DNA of 64,000 nucleotides from Nitrospirota bacterium (GCA_963840455.1 CAWIYV010000009.1:32001-96000), one strand, 5' to 3'. Numbered from the stretch's first letter, positions 28,994 through 40,655 are shown. Notes: generated from the letters alone by a model not told the origin. Program-made: numbers and translations.

Positions 28994-30175
28994 ATGAATA
29001 ACCTTACCTGGAAGTGCGTGCCACGGCTGGACGGAGCGTCGCCGGCGGATCTGGGACGGCTCTTTCCGGAGCCTTCTTTCACCGCACCGCTCCTTGGTCT
29101 GCTGCAGGAATCGGGTATTGACGGTTTTAACCTGCGGAGCATCGTGGTGTTAAAAGATGATGCCCCTATTCTCTTATTGCCTCTGTTTGAATTCCATTTT
29201 GATCTGTCCACGTTTGCGGAGGGATGGACCAGGAGATCGCTGAAAGCGGCAGCCCGTCTCATCCCCTCAATTTTTCATCCTCGTGTTCTCGGCGTGGGGC
29301 TGTTGGAAGGGGGATGGAGCGAGATCGGCATGGATCCTCAGATCGATGCCGGCACCCTTGAGGCGGCATGGAAAATGGCCCTGGACGCCTTGCAAGCGCT
29401 CGCGATCGGACTGAAAAGCGACGTCGTGGTGTTTTACAACTTTCATGATCATGGCAAACTCCCCGGGGACGTATTCATAAAGTTCAACCGGGTGCCATGG
29501 CTTCCCGGCGGCCGGCTGCCGATTGCTTTTAGCAGCGTGGAAGAATACGTAAGCCGCCTTTCCGGTGCCGCGAGAAAGGATCTGCACCGCAAAATGCGCG
29601 CCTCCCACGAGGTCAGGGTGGTCCGAAGCCGAGACATTGCTCCTTTTCTGGACAGGATCTACAGGCTTTATCGGGAAGCAGTGAAGCGGAGCCCCCTGGC
29701 GTTTGGCGTGCACAACCGTGTATTTTTTGAAAAGATCTGCGAGAGGATCCCGGGCGCCGAGTACACGCTCTATTTTGTGCAGGAAGAACTGGCCGCTTTC
29801 AATCTCCTCATCGTAAGACAAGAAGCGTTGGTGGATAAATATTTCTGCATGGATTACGAGCTCGGCCGCAAATACAACCTGTATGTTCTGTCCTGGCTTG
29901 AGAATGTCCGCTTCTGCGTGGAGCAAAAGATCCCCCTCTATCACGCAGGTCAGGGCGCGGAGAGAACCAAGGCGCACCTCGGTGCGACGTTCATCCCGAA
30001 CCTTATCTTATTCAAGCACCGCTGGTCGGTGTTTGACCGTTTTCTTTTTGAGCGGCCGGCAATGATCGAAAAGGTCCTCAGATACCTCGGGTTCAGGCCC
30101 GTCGTCTCCCCCCTCGCCGCCCCGCAGGCACCGGTTCCGGGGCCGGCAGGAGCACATCCCTGTTCGCCGCCTTGA
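28994..30175 (+). CDS. FemAB-like/BioF2-like GNAT acyltransferase
   Basis: FSSVEEYVSRL...RKDLHRK, FFEKI, AAFNL, YNLY and GQGAERTKAHLGA pattern of the tandem-GNAT family. Confidence 0.8.
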   Translation: MNNLTWKCVPRLDGASPADLGRLFPEPSFTAPLLGLLQESGIDGFNLRSIVVLKDDAPILLLPLFEFHFDLSTFAEGWTRRSLKAAARLIPSIFHPRVLGVGLLEGGWSEIGMDPQIDAGTLEAAWKMALDALQALAIGLKSDVVVFYNFHDHGKLPGDVFIKFNRVPWLPGGRLPIAFSSVEEYVSRLSGAARKDLHRKMRASHEVRVVRSRDIAPFLDRIYRLYREAVKRSPLAFGVHNRVFFEKICERIPGAEYTLYFVQEELAAFNLLIVRQEALVDKYFCMDYELGRKYNLYVLSWLENVRFCVEQKIPLYHAGQGAERTKAHLGATFIPNLILFKHRWSVFDRFLFERPAMIEKVLRYLGFRPVVSPLAAPQAPVPGPAGAHPCSPP

Positions 30176-30286
30176 TCCGACCGCGCAGGCGAATGGACTC
30201 AGGCGGGGCGAGCGTCTTCAGCGCCCGAAAAATGCCGGACGTTACGGCGCTCAATACCGCTGCACCGGAGAGGAAGAATTTGATCC

Positions 30287-31243
30287 ATGATGAAAGAAGC
30301 TGAGCACGCGATCGAAGTCGAGAGGCTGACGAAGCGTTACGGTGATCTGCCGGCGGTCAACGATATATCGTTTACCGTCAGGAAAGGCGAGGTGTTCGCG
30401 TTCCTGGGACCGAACGGCGCCGGCAAGACCACGACCGTCGAGATCATCGAGACGATCCGCACGCCCACATCCGGCAACGTAACCCTTCTGGGAATGGACG
30501 TCACGAAGAAAAAACACGACATCGTCTCCCGCATCGGCGTCCTGCCGCAGGAGTTCAGCTCGTTCGACCGGATAACGGTCAGAGAGACCGTGCAGTACTA
30601 TGCTCGGCTGTTCTGCTCCAGGAACACCGATATCGACGGGCTGATAGAGCTCGTGAACCTCAAGGACAAGACCAAAGAGCAGTACAAGACCCTCTCCGGG
30701 GGATTGCGGCAGCGCTTGGGAATCGCGATCGCGCTCGTGAACGACCCCGAGGTCGTGTTCCTCGACGAACCGACGACAGGGCTCGACCCCCGGGCACGGC
30801 GCGAGGTTTGGGAAGTTCTGCAGGGCCTGAAGAAAAAGGGGAAGACGGTGTTCCTGACCACGCACTACATGGAGGAGGCGGAGCTTCTTGCAGACACGGT
30901 CGCGATCATCTCGAAGGGGAAGATCATCGCGATGGGCTCTCCCGGGGAACTCATCGAAAAGAACGCGAATTACCTGGTCCTCACGCTGCAGTCCGTCGAT
31001 GAACAAGCCTTTGACATCGTCCGGAAGATGGGCTTCGAGCCGGTCCGTAACGACCACAATGTCATCAAGATCAGGGTGGAGCACCAGGACGATGTGCAGA
31101 ATATCCTGAACGCCATCAAGGATGTCGGGGCGTCGTACCTCGGCCTGGACGTCCGGAAGCCCAACCTTGAAGAAGTCTTCCTGAAGCTCACCGGCGAGGC
31201 GCTCAGCAACGTTCCCGTCGGCGGAAGGGGGGGGGCGGAATGA
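30287..31243 (+). CDS. ABC exporter ATP-binding protein (DrrA-like)
   Basis: GPNGAGKTT, LSGG, FLDEPTTGLDP and TTHYMEEAE. Confidence 0.95.
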   Translation: MMKEAEHAIEVERLTKRYGDLPAVNDISFTVRKGEVFAFLGPNGAGKTTTVEIIETIRTPTSGNVTLLGMDVTKKKHDIVSRIGVLPQEFSSFDRITVRETVQYYARLFCSRNTDIDGLIELVNLKDKTKEQYKTLSGGLRQRLGIAIALVNDPEVVFLDEPTTGLDPRARREVWEVLQGLKKKGKTVFLTTHYMEEAELLADTVAIISKGKIIAMGSPGELIEKNANYLVLTLQSVDEQAFDIVRKMGFEPVRNDHNVIKIRVEHQDDVQNILNAIKDVGASYLGLDVRKPNLEEVFLKLTGEALSNVPVGGRGGAE

Positions 31244-32358
31244 ACCTGCGCGTCGTCGCCGCAAATCTCGTCGTGAAACTCAGGTGCTTCTACCGCGAGA
31301 AGACCGCCATGTTCTTCACCCTAGCGTTCCCGATAATCCTGATACTCGTGTTCGGCACGATCTTCATGAGCGAAGACAACGTGAGCTACCATCTTTGCGT
31401 GCAGGACCTCGACCGGACACAGTCGTCTGCAGAGTCCATCAAGACCCTCGAGCTCAACGGGAAATTCAAGATAACCACGGTCGACCCTGCCGTCAACGCC
31501 GCGCAGTACGTCAGGACCAACAGGGTGAACCTTGTCCTCGTTATTCCCGAAGGCTATGAACGGTCCCTCCTGCAGAGGATGATGCTCGACGATATCAAGG
31601 CATCCGTCACCATCACCTATATCTACGACCCCAGCTCATCCTCGGTGGCGACGAAGATGGAGATCCTGAACGCAGTGCTCGCCGGCATGAACCAGAAAAT
31701 GTCCGGGAAACCGCCGTTCATCAAGTCGGTGGAGCGATCGATCCTCACCAAAAAATACCGGTTCATCGAGTTCTTCGTTCCCGGCATCATTGCGATGGCG
31801 GTGATGACGTTGAGCCTGTTCGGAACGGTGGACTCGGACACGGAGCTGCGGCAGAAGGGCATCCTCAGGAAGCTGTCCACCACGCCCATCACCCGCACCG
31901 ACTGGATACTGTCGAACATCCTGTACCAGTTCATCCTCGCGGTCCTATCCACGATCGCGATGCTGCTGGTGAGCTACGCCGTGTTTCATGTCAGCCTGCA
32001 TATAGACGCCTGGCTCCCTGCGTTCATTTTGCTTGACGTCTTCGCGTTCGTCGGAATCGGGATGATCCTCACCCGCTTTGTGAAGGAGGCGCAGAGCGCC
32101 GCCGCCGCGGCAAACGCCATCAGTTACCCGATGATGTTCCTCTCGGGGAGCTTCTTCCCTATCGAATTGATGCCGGGGTTCCTGCAGAAGATCGCCAAGA
32201 CACTGCCGCTGTATTACGTGAACGAGGGGCTCCGGGCATCGATGGTATTTGAAGACAACATGGCCGCGCTGCGTTACGCCGCGGTCATAGGGGTTTTTGC
32301 TGCCGTGGTCTTCATCCTGGGCATACTAGCCAACAAATGGGAAGAGGGCCGATCATAG
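31240..32358 (+). CDS. ABC-2 type exporter permease
   Basis: One N-terminal plus five C-terminal TM helices, FFVPGIIAM and PMMFLSGSFFP; ATGA overlap with the ATPase gene. Confidence 0.92.
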   Translation: MNLRVVAANLVVKLRCFYREKTAMFFTLAFPIILILVFGTIFMSEDNVSYHLCVQDLDRTQSSAESIKTLELNGKFKITTVDPAVNAAQYVRTNRVNLVLVIPEGYERSLLQRMMLDDIKASVTITYIYDPSSSSVATKMEILNAVLAGMNQKMSGKPPFIKSVERSILTKKYRFIEFFVPGIIAMAVMTLSLFGTVDSDTELRQKGILRKLSTTPITRTDWILSNILYQFILAVLSTIAMLLVSYAVFHVSLHIDAWLPAFILLDVFAFVGIGMILTRFVKEAQSAAAAANAISYPMMFLSGSFFPIELMPGFLQKIAKTLPLYYVNEGLRASMVFEDNMAALRYAAVIGVFAAVVFILGILANKWEEGRS

Positions 32359-32453
32359 CGTAGTACTCCCTTCGCACGGTCACGCACGGGAGGAGATTCA
32401 GCAAAACAGGCATTGGTTGATTTTATGGAAAGTAACATTGGAGAGGTGAAAAC

Positions 32454-33806
32454 ATGAAGATAAAACTTATCGCACCCCATGAGAACCGTAAAGATGCTCT
32501 ATCCAGCCCTTTCAAGTTCCAGAGGGTAAATCTGCCTCTTCTGGCGGCGCTCACCCCGCATGGCCATACGATAACCATTGTCGAGGAAGCTCATGCTCCT
32601 GATGACATCGATCAAGATGTGGATCTGGTGGGCATCACCGTCCTGACCGAACTTGCGCTCAGGGCCTATGACATCGCTGACACCTATCGCAAGAAGGGCG
32701 TGAAGGTGGTGATGGGAGGAATGCATCCCACGGTATTGCCTGACGAAGCTTTAAAACATGCAGACGCGGTAGTCGTGGGAGAAGCGGAGGGCGTCTGGCC
32801 GCAACTTGTATCGGATGCCGCATCGGGACAGATGCAAAAAATATATCAGGCCGGTAAAATGACCGATCTCAGAGGTCTGCCGAAGCCACGGAGAGATCTC
32901 TTCCCCGGAACCAACGGCAGAGGTTATATTCCGATCCCGACCGGCGTCGAGACATCCCGAGGGTGTCCGAATGATTGCGAATTCTGTTGCATTGGTTCGA
33001 CCTTGGGGAAGCAATATCGAGTCAGGCCGGTTCACGAGGTGATCGCCGAGATAGAGTCCATTGATTCCCCCCACCTTTTCTTCGTCGATGACGCCCTTGG
33101 ACTGAACCGGGATGTAGCGAAAAAGCTCTTTACGGAAATGATACCTCTTCGGAAGAGATGGCTGGCGCAGGGGACCGTGTCGCTGGCCGAGGACCCGGAG
33201 CTGCTCAGCTTGATGAAACGTTCGGGGTGCCTGGGGCTTTTGATCGGGTTCGAATCGGTGCAGAAAGCAACACAGAATGAGGTGAAGAAAATAAAGAACT
33301 TGAAGATCGATTTTTATGAGGCCATGCGTCGATTCCATGGCGAAGGTTTCGGAATACTCGGCTCCTTTGTTTTCGGATTTGATTACGAGAACAAGGATGT
33401 GTTCGAGCAGACCCTTGAGTTCATCATGGGATCACACATGGATGTCGTCCAGTTGAGGATCCTCACTCCCTATCCGGGAACACGGTTATATACGCGTCTC
33501 TTGAGCGAAGGCAGGTTGTTTGAGCGTGATTGGTGGCTCCGTGGATATCCTCCTGATACACTCCTTTATCAGCCAAAAGGAATGACTGCTGACGAGCTCA
33601 TTAGCGGTTACGCCCGCTTGAACAGACAAGCCTATTCCTGGGGCGCAATGATGAAACGATTCCTTGGCATGACCCCATGGAAGCGGACTCTTTTGGGTTG
33701 CCAGGCGTTCACAGGGGTAAATCTATCCACCCGTAAACGGTATTTCAATGGCCTGAAGAATCCACAACCATATGCCGGGGCTTCTAGACCGATAGGAGCG
33801 CAGTAG
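32454..33806 (+). CDS. B12-binding domain radical SAM protein
   Basis: GGMHPT and VVGEAE (B12 domain), TSRGCPNDCEFC, FFVDD and TPYPGT; GGAGAGG RBS. Confidence 0.92.
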   Translation: MKIKLIAPHENRKDALSSPFKFQRVNLPLLAALTPHGHTITIVEEAHAPDDIDQDVDLVGITVLTELALRAYDIADTYRKKGVKVVMGGMHPTVLPDEALKHADAVVVGEAEGVWPQLVSDAASGQMQKIYQAGKMTDLRGLPKPRRDLFPGTNGRGYIPIPTGVETSRGCPNDCEFCCIGSTLGKQYRVRPVHEVIAEIESIDSPHLFFVDDALGLNRDVAKKLFTEMIPLRKRWLAQGTVSLAEDPELLSLMKRSGCLGLLIGFESVQKATQNEVKKIKNLKIDFYEAMRRFHGEGFGILGSFVFGFDYENKDVFEQTLEFIMGSHMDVVQLRILTPYPGTRLYTRLLSEGRLFERDWWLRGYPPDTLLYQPKGMTADELISGYARLNRQAYSWGAMMKRFLGMTPWKRTLLGCQAFTGVNLSTRKRYFNGLKNPQPYAGASRPIGAQ

Positions 33807-33882
33807 ATAGCAACCATGAAAAAGCAGGAAAAATGTTGTGGTAGTCCATTTAAAAAGGGTATATTTAAAAAAAGACATCATT

Positions 33883-33918
33883 TTAGATTGTTCGTATAAA
33901 TTGGATCGTTCGTATAAA
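33883..33918. repeat. 18-nt tandem direct repeat in AT-rich intergenic DNA
   Basis: ttagattgttcgtataaa / ttggatcgttcgtataaa (16/18 identical). Confidence 0.6.
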
Positions 33919-34355
33919 GAAGTAACCAATCAACCAAAAAAAGAGAGTGTAATAGAACATTACTGACAGTGATAAGTAGTCGCTTCCAAGCGACACAGAT
34001 TCTTGCATAAGCTTAACTCAACATCAATTATCATTCATTGCTTGAGGTTCATCTTTCCTATAAGCTATTGTTTTGATTTGCATTAAACTGTGTTTATTCT
34101 ATCCGTGCGAATTTGTAATACAAATTCCTACATAGAATCCGGCATGATCCTACAGATTAATCAGACGTCGTCCCTTTCCATTTTTTCTGCTGTACAGTAT
34201 ACTATAACAATAACATAGATACTTCAGAGCTTGTTGCACGAAAGCTGACGCAGCCCGGATTATCCTTACAGGTCCTGCAAAGGATCTCGATTTTCTTTTG
34301 TGCAACAGGCTCGCATCGGCATATGATGCTGCATGAGTAATGGGATCCACAGAAC

Positions 34356-36461
<2,106 letters not shown>

Positions 36462-36606
36462 CAAAGGGTTCATTCTGGAAGAGAGCATTTGGACAGGTCT
36501 CCAGAAACTGGGCGCTGCTCAGCGACAGCTGATGAACACGGATTTATAGGGAAAAGTCATTCAGGAACTAACCAATGAGAGAATACCCAAAATTCAAACC
36601 GGCATG

Positions 36607-36685
36607 CCCTCCTCTCCTCAATCCTCTCCCCGAGGGGAAAAGACGCTGATTTCTCTCTCGCCCCATGGGAAAAAGGCTCAGGGTA
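36607..36685. repeat. Degenerate pair of CCCTC...CTCTCCC...GGG palindromic repeats
   Basis: ccctcctctcctcaatcctctccccgagggg ... ctctctcgccccatgggaaaaaggctcagggtag. Confidence 0.45.
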
Positions 36686-36964
36686 GTATTCCAGCACTCA
36701 CTCCATCGGGAGGAGTTTATCAGAACCGCGGACCGCATACCTGCTGCTACGATGCACCCCCGTTATTCCTCGATCACGTTGTTTTTCAGCCCTATCCTCC
36801 TCTTTGCCGGTATTCATGGCGCGAGCGCTGGTAATGCAACCAAACACGGCAGCATCATACGCTCTTCGCTCCGGACATGCACTGCGCTGCCGATGTTCCG
36901 GCTGTTCGGCGGCTGTCTTCATGGAAACCTGCAGCGTACAGAGGTTTGAAATGAGTGTAAATCC

Positions 36965-38407
36965 TTGAACGTGAACAGAGCGCAGAAAATGCTCGAGGAC
37001 CTGCAGGAACACCAGACGAACACGCGCTGGCCTGACGTGAATGTGCCGTGCCCGCGCAATCCCCGCTCCTCTGGAGCGGGAACAAGCGGGCATGGTGAAA
37101 ATACAATGTCTCCTGACACGGGGAAGGATCCTCGCTGCTCTGCTGCGGGATTCTTCAAACATGCTTGCATTCTCTCCAGCTTCTTGATCCTGCTCCTTTC
37201 CGCTCAAGCGACGTTCGCGGACAGTTCTCTCCTCCCCGACCGGCGCAAGGACCAGTTCCCCACCGTGCCCGGCTGGCTCATTGCGCCGTACGTTTTTGAT
37301 TATCCCGGCGTCGGGAAGGGCTACGGCATCGTGGGGGGAGCAGCGAACATCGGCGGCACGTATACGACCGTCGGAGGAACCGTCTTCACCGGCGACGTCA
37401 AGGGCCAGGCCGCCGGCATTTACAGCATCCATCTCATTCCCCGACAGCTGATCCTGGACGCCGGCGCGGTCCATGTGAGCAGCATAACGCAACTAAGCTA
37501 TAGTCAGCGGGGCATGGGAACGGAGAAGCACGATTATACACTGCTTGAATACGGGAACGATACGTTCGGTGGATCACGCCTCACGTCCACCTTCTTTGAA
37601 CGGAGGTTCGAACTCTACGCTGCATTTTACGGCGGCCATGCACAGTTCAAGTCGATCCGTGACGGGGACGGAAATATCATCATCGAGGCCCAGGACGCAG
37701 CCAAGACCCGTACCCTGACCACCGTCTTCGGAACGCGCTTCGACATGACCGACGATTATCTCGATCCCCGCCGGGGTTTCCGCTTCGAGATGAGCCGCTG
37801 GAGTACGCCGCCTATGGATCTAGGGCCCGATTTCTTCTACATGGACTATAGTGCCACGGCCTATGTCCCGCTCGGGAAGGCGAGCACCTGGGCGTTCAAC
37901 TATTTCCGGTCCGATGCCTGCGTGCTGAGCAAGGGAGAAACGAATCCCGACGCGATTGCCCAGCACCTGGGCCTGAACTGCAGCACCATCGCGGATCCAC
38001 AGCAGCAGGCGCAGTGCCAGCAGGTCATTAATAACGAAATTGTTGCGAATACGTACGGCACCGCCAGTTCCCTGGGCGGGCTCAACCGTTTGCGGTCCTA
38101 TCCCGAAGGGCGCTACAAAGGCGCGCACATGCAATTTATCGGGACCGAGATCCGCTGGAACGTCACGGAAGAATACACACCGTTCAATATCGTTGTCATA
38201 AAGGACGTCCGCACGGCCTTCCAGATCGCTCCGTTCTACGAGATCGGGACGGTGGCGGACCTGCGGAGCGAACTCTGGGACACCACCCGTTCTTCCTACG
38301 GCGTCGGGTTCCGCATGGTGACCGCGTCAGGGCTGGTGTACCGGCTCGACCTCGCATCGGGAAACGAAGGCTTCCAATCGAGCATCTTCTTCCAATATCC
38401 CTGGTGA
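36965..38407 (+). CDS. BamA/TamA (Omp85)-like outer membrane beta-barrel protein (start uncertain)
   Basis: Hydrophobic signal-like segment ILSSFLILLLSAQATFA, DDYLDPRRG, LGGLNRLRSYPEGRY, SYGVGFR and terminal FQYPW. Confidence 0.78.
   Translation: MNVNRAQKMLEDLQEHQTNTRWPDVNVPCPRNPRSSGAGTSGHGENTMSPDTGKDPRCSAAGFFKHACILSSFLILLLSAQATFADSSLLPDRRKDQFPTVPGWLIAPYVFDYPGVGKGYGIVGGAANIGGTYTTVGGTVFTGDVKGQAAGIYSIHLIPRQLILDAGAVHVSSITQLSYSQRGMGTEKHDYTLLEYGNDTFGGSRLTSTFFERRFELYAAFYGGHAQFKSIRDGDGNIIIEAQDAAKTRTLTTVFGTRFDMTDDYLDPRRGFRFEMSRWSTPPMDLGPDFFYMDYSATAYVPLGKASTWAFNYFRSDACVLSKGETNPDAIAQHLGLNCSTIADPQQQAQCQQVINNEIVANTYGTASSLGGLNRLRSYPEGRYKGAHMQFIGTEIRWNVTEEYTPFNIVVIKDVRTAFQIAPFYEIGTVADLRSELWDTTRSSYGVGFRMVTASGLVYRLDLASGNEGFQSSIFFQYPW
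37037..37158 (+). mobile_element. Divergent copy of the twin-hairpin ...TTCAA element inside the 5' region of the Omp85-like ORF
   Basis: GTGAA..GCGCAATCCCCGCTCCTCTGGAGCGGG..AGGATCCTCGCTGCTCTGCTGCGGGATTCTTCAA; same layout and similar length to 28868-28984. Confidence 0.45.
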
Positions 38408-38616
38408 TGGTAAGGATCGACCATGATGAGGTATGATTTCCGTCGATGTGTATTGACTATCAATTTATCACGAATGAACCAATCGATTACAACATAAGAC
38501 TTATAAAAGCATATAGCTTCGCGACCCGTCGTATTTGACGGTTCCGTTCCATATGACAGCTGTCTCTGATGGTTTCCCCTTCCTCGCAATCCATCGATCT
38601 CAACATTATTCCAAAC

Positions 38617-38670
38617 AATCAATGCCTTGCTCTTGCAAAGTTCGTGGTTTTTCTTGGCACAAGAGTTGTA
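38617..38670 (+). promoter_or_regulatory. Sigma-54 promoter (-24/-12) with upstream IHF site
   Basis: AATCAAtgccTTG (WATCAANNNNTTR) at 38617-38629; TGGCAC-aagag-TTGTA at 38655-38670. Confidence 0.7.
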
Positions 38671-38822
38671 ATACCTCTTGGCGGAAGCGGTTAGCGGGCT
38701 GATTTTAGGCAGGATTACGGTGTGAAAGGAGGATAAGAAGGTAAGACGTGCAATTCAGCCTGTCCTCATTAAAGAGTCAAAAAGGCAAGAACAAAACGCA
38801 AAAACAAAAAGGAGAAATGACG

Positions 38823-39584
38823 ATGAAGAAAACGATTTATTCTGCAGCTCTGATGGCGGCCGCGTTCGCTCTGCTGGTGTACAGCGTGCCCGTGAACGCG
38901 TCCAAGACGGATGACCGCATCGAGTCATCGGCCAAGAAGTCTTATAATTTTAAAACTTACCTCAAGGACGATGATATTAAGATCCAGTCCAAGGATGGCG
39001 TCGTAACCCTGACGGGGACTGTCGCTGAAGAATCCCACAAATCTTTAGCCAAGGAGACCGTGGCGGGCCTGCCCGGGGTCAAAAGCGTGGACAACAAGCT
39101 GGAGGTCAAAGGCACGCCCCCCCCGGAAAACTCGGATGCGTGGCTAACTACGAAGGTGAAAACCACGCTCTTGTTCCATACGAGCGTGAGTGCCGGGAAG
39201 ACCGAAGTTGAAACCAAAGACGGCATCGTGACCCTGCGAGGCAATGCTACAAGCCAGGCGCAAAAGGAGCTGACGACCGAATACGCCAAGGATGTCGAGG
39301 GGGTCAAAGACGTCAAAAATGAGATGACCGTGTCGAAGACCGGAAAAAAGACACCCGAGACAACGGGTGAAAAGATCGATGACGCGTCCATCACCGCCCA
39401 GGTCAAGACGGCGCTGTTGTTCCATCGCTCGACCAGCGCCTTCCAAACCACGGTCACGACGAAACGCGGCGCGGTAACCGTGGGAGGAAAGGCCAAGAAT
39501 GCTGCCGAAAAGGACCTGGTCACGAAACTCGTCAAAGATATAAACGGTGTGAAGAGTGTCAAGAACCGGATGACCATCGAGTAG
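38823..39584 (+). CDS. BON domain (OsmY-like) periplasmic protein, three BON domains
   Basis: Signal peptide and three repeats of D..I...VK...G.VTL.G....GVKSV.N. Confidence 0.92.
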   Translation: MKKTIYSAALMAAAFALLVYSVPVNASKTDDRIESSAKKSYNFKTYLKDDDIKIQSKDGVVTLTGTVAEESHKSLAKETVAGLPGVKSVDNKLEVKGTPPPENSDAWLTTKVKTTLLFHTSVSAGKTEVETKDGIVTLRGNATSQAQKELTTEYAKDVEGVKDVKNEMTVSKTGKKTPETTGEKIDDASITAQVKTALLFHRSTSAFQTTVTTKRGAVTVGGKAKNAAEKDLVTKLVKDINGVKSVKNRMTIE

Positions 39585-39667
39585 TTTGAGTCAAATACCA
39601 AATAGGCTGCCGGCTCGATGACCCGCAGGGCGGGGCATCGAGCCCGAGCAAGCCAAAGGAGGCTCCA

Positions 39668-39817
39668 ATGTTGTGGACAATTGCTGTGATACTGTTAGTT
39701 CTCTGGGCGTTAGGGTTGGTGAGCAGTTACACCATGGGAGGGTTTGTTCACATCCTGCTGGTTGTTGCCCTGGTCGTGATTGTGATCGGCTTCATTCAAG
39801 GGCGCGGGAGGTCGTAA
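39668..39817 (+). CDS. lmo0937-family small membrane protein
   Basis: Hand-translated MLWTIAVILLVLWALGLVSSYTMGGFVHILLVVALVVIVIGFIQGRGRS; AAGGAGG RBS. Confidence 0.85.
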   Translation: MLWTIAVILLVLWALGLVSSYTMGGFVHILLVVALVVIVIGFIQGRGRS

Positions 39818-39847
39818 GCTGAACTGACGATGTGAAGGAGGTGTGAA

Positions 39848-40069
39848 TTGAAAACGTATGCATGGATAGGCATTATCCTCATTGTAGTGGGGATCGTAGC
39901 CTTTGCATACCATGGCATCAGCATCACGACAAGGGAAAACGTCGTTGATCTCGGTCCCGTCCAAGTGACGGCCGATAAGACGAGAACGCTTCCGCTGACA
40001 CCGATCGCGGGCGGTGTTGCGCTCGTGGGCGGCATCGTGCTGCTGGTCATGGGAAGCAAAAAGGGCTGA
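39848..40069 (+). CDS. DUF3185-like small membrane protein
   Basis: GIILIVVG...TTRENVVDLGPVQVTA...LP..PIAGG; AAGGAGG RBS with TTG start. Confidence 0.8.
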   Translation: MKTYAWIGIILIVVGIVAFAYHGISITTRENVVDLGPVQVTADKTRTLPLTPIAGGVALVGGIVLLVMGSKKG

Positions 40070-40113
40070 TCGGAGGAAATGCGTTTCGATCACCGGGGTT
40101 ATGAAGGACAAAT

Positions 40114-40157
40114 TTGAGGAACGAAGATTCCCTGCAGCTTGCCGCAGGGAGCTTCAA
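40114..40157 (+). mobile_element. Right-end half of the TTCAA hairpin element
   Basis: TTGAGGAACGAAGATTCCCTGCAGCTTGCCGCAGGGAGCTTCAA. Confidence 0.7.
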
Positions 40158-40204
40158 TAGTGTCCATGTGGCTGAACGTTGTCTGATAAAAAGGGAGGAG
40201 CGAT

Positions 40205-40360
40205 ATGCTGGGAACGATCTTGATCGTTGTCGTGGTCTTGATGCTGTTGGGCGCACTGCCCACGTGGCCTCACAGCCGACAGTGGGGCTACGGCCCGACC
40301 GGCGGGTTGAGCTTGGTCCTGGTGATCCTGATCATCCTGCTGCTCCTGGGCCGGCTTTAG
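40205..40360 (+). CDS. DUF3309 family small membrane protein
   Basis: Hand-translated MLGTILIVVVVLMLLGALPTWPHSRQWGYGPTGGLSLVLVILIILLLLGRL; GGAGGAG RBS. Confidence 0.88.
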   Translation: MLGTILIVVVVLMLLGALPTWPHSRQWGYGPTGGLSLVLVILIILLLLGRL

Positions 40361-40429
40361 GCGTCCGGGCACGTCTGGTGCCACGCGCAGAATTTGACAA
40401 CAAATGTCCTTGAAAGCAGAGCGGAGAGT

Positions 40430-40479
40430 TTGAATCCAGGAGCGGGCACATTCCCTGCATCTGCTGCAGGAATATTCAA
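40430..40479 (+). mobile_element. Short single-hairpin TTGAA...TTCAA element
   Basis: TTGAATCCAGGAGCGGGCACATTCCCTGCATCTGCTGCAGGAATATTCAA. Confidence 0.7.
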
Positions 40480-40655
40480 CAGCAAACCGGCTGTGTTCAG
40501 CGGCGCATGACCGGGAGCGGAGCGATGAGGCCTGCGGCAGCAAGAAGAAAGAGCAGCTCGGCGGGAGCCCTGGCCGCGATCTCATTACGGGGACTACCGG
40601 GGGGCCGACATACCGGCGGTCAAACCCCGTAAATACGCAAGGCAGGAGGAATACC

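Noticed and set aside
32378-32420. GGTCACGCAC resembling the start of a c-di-GMP-I riboswitch
   Set aside because: The GCAAAC...GAAA...GACGCAAAG core is absent.
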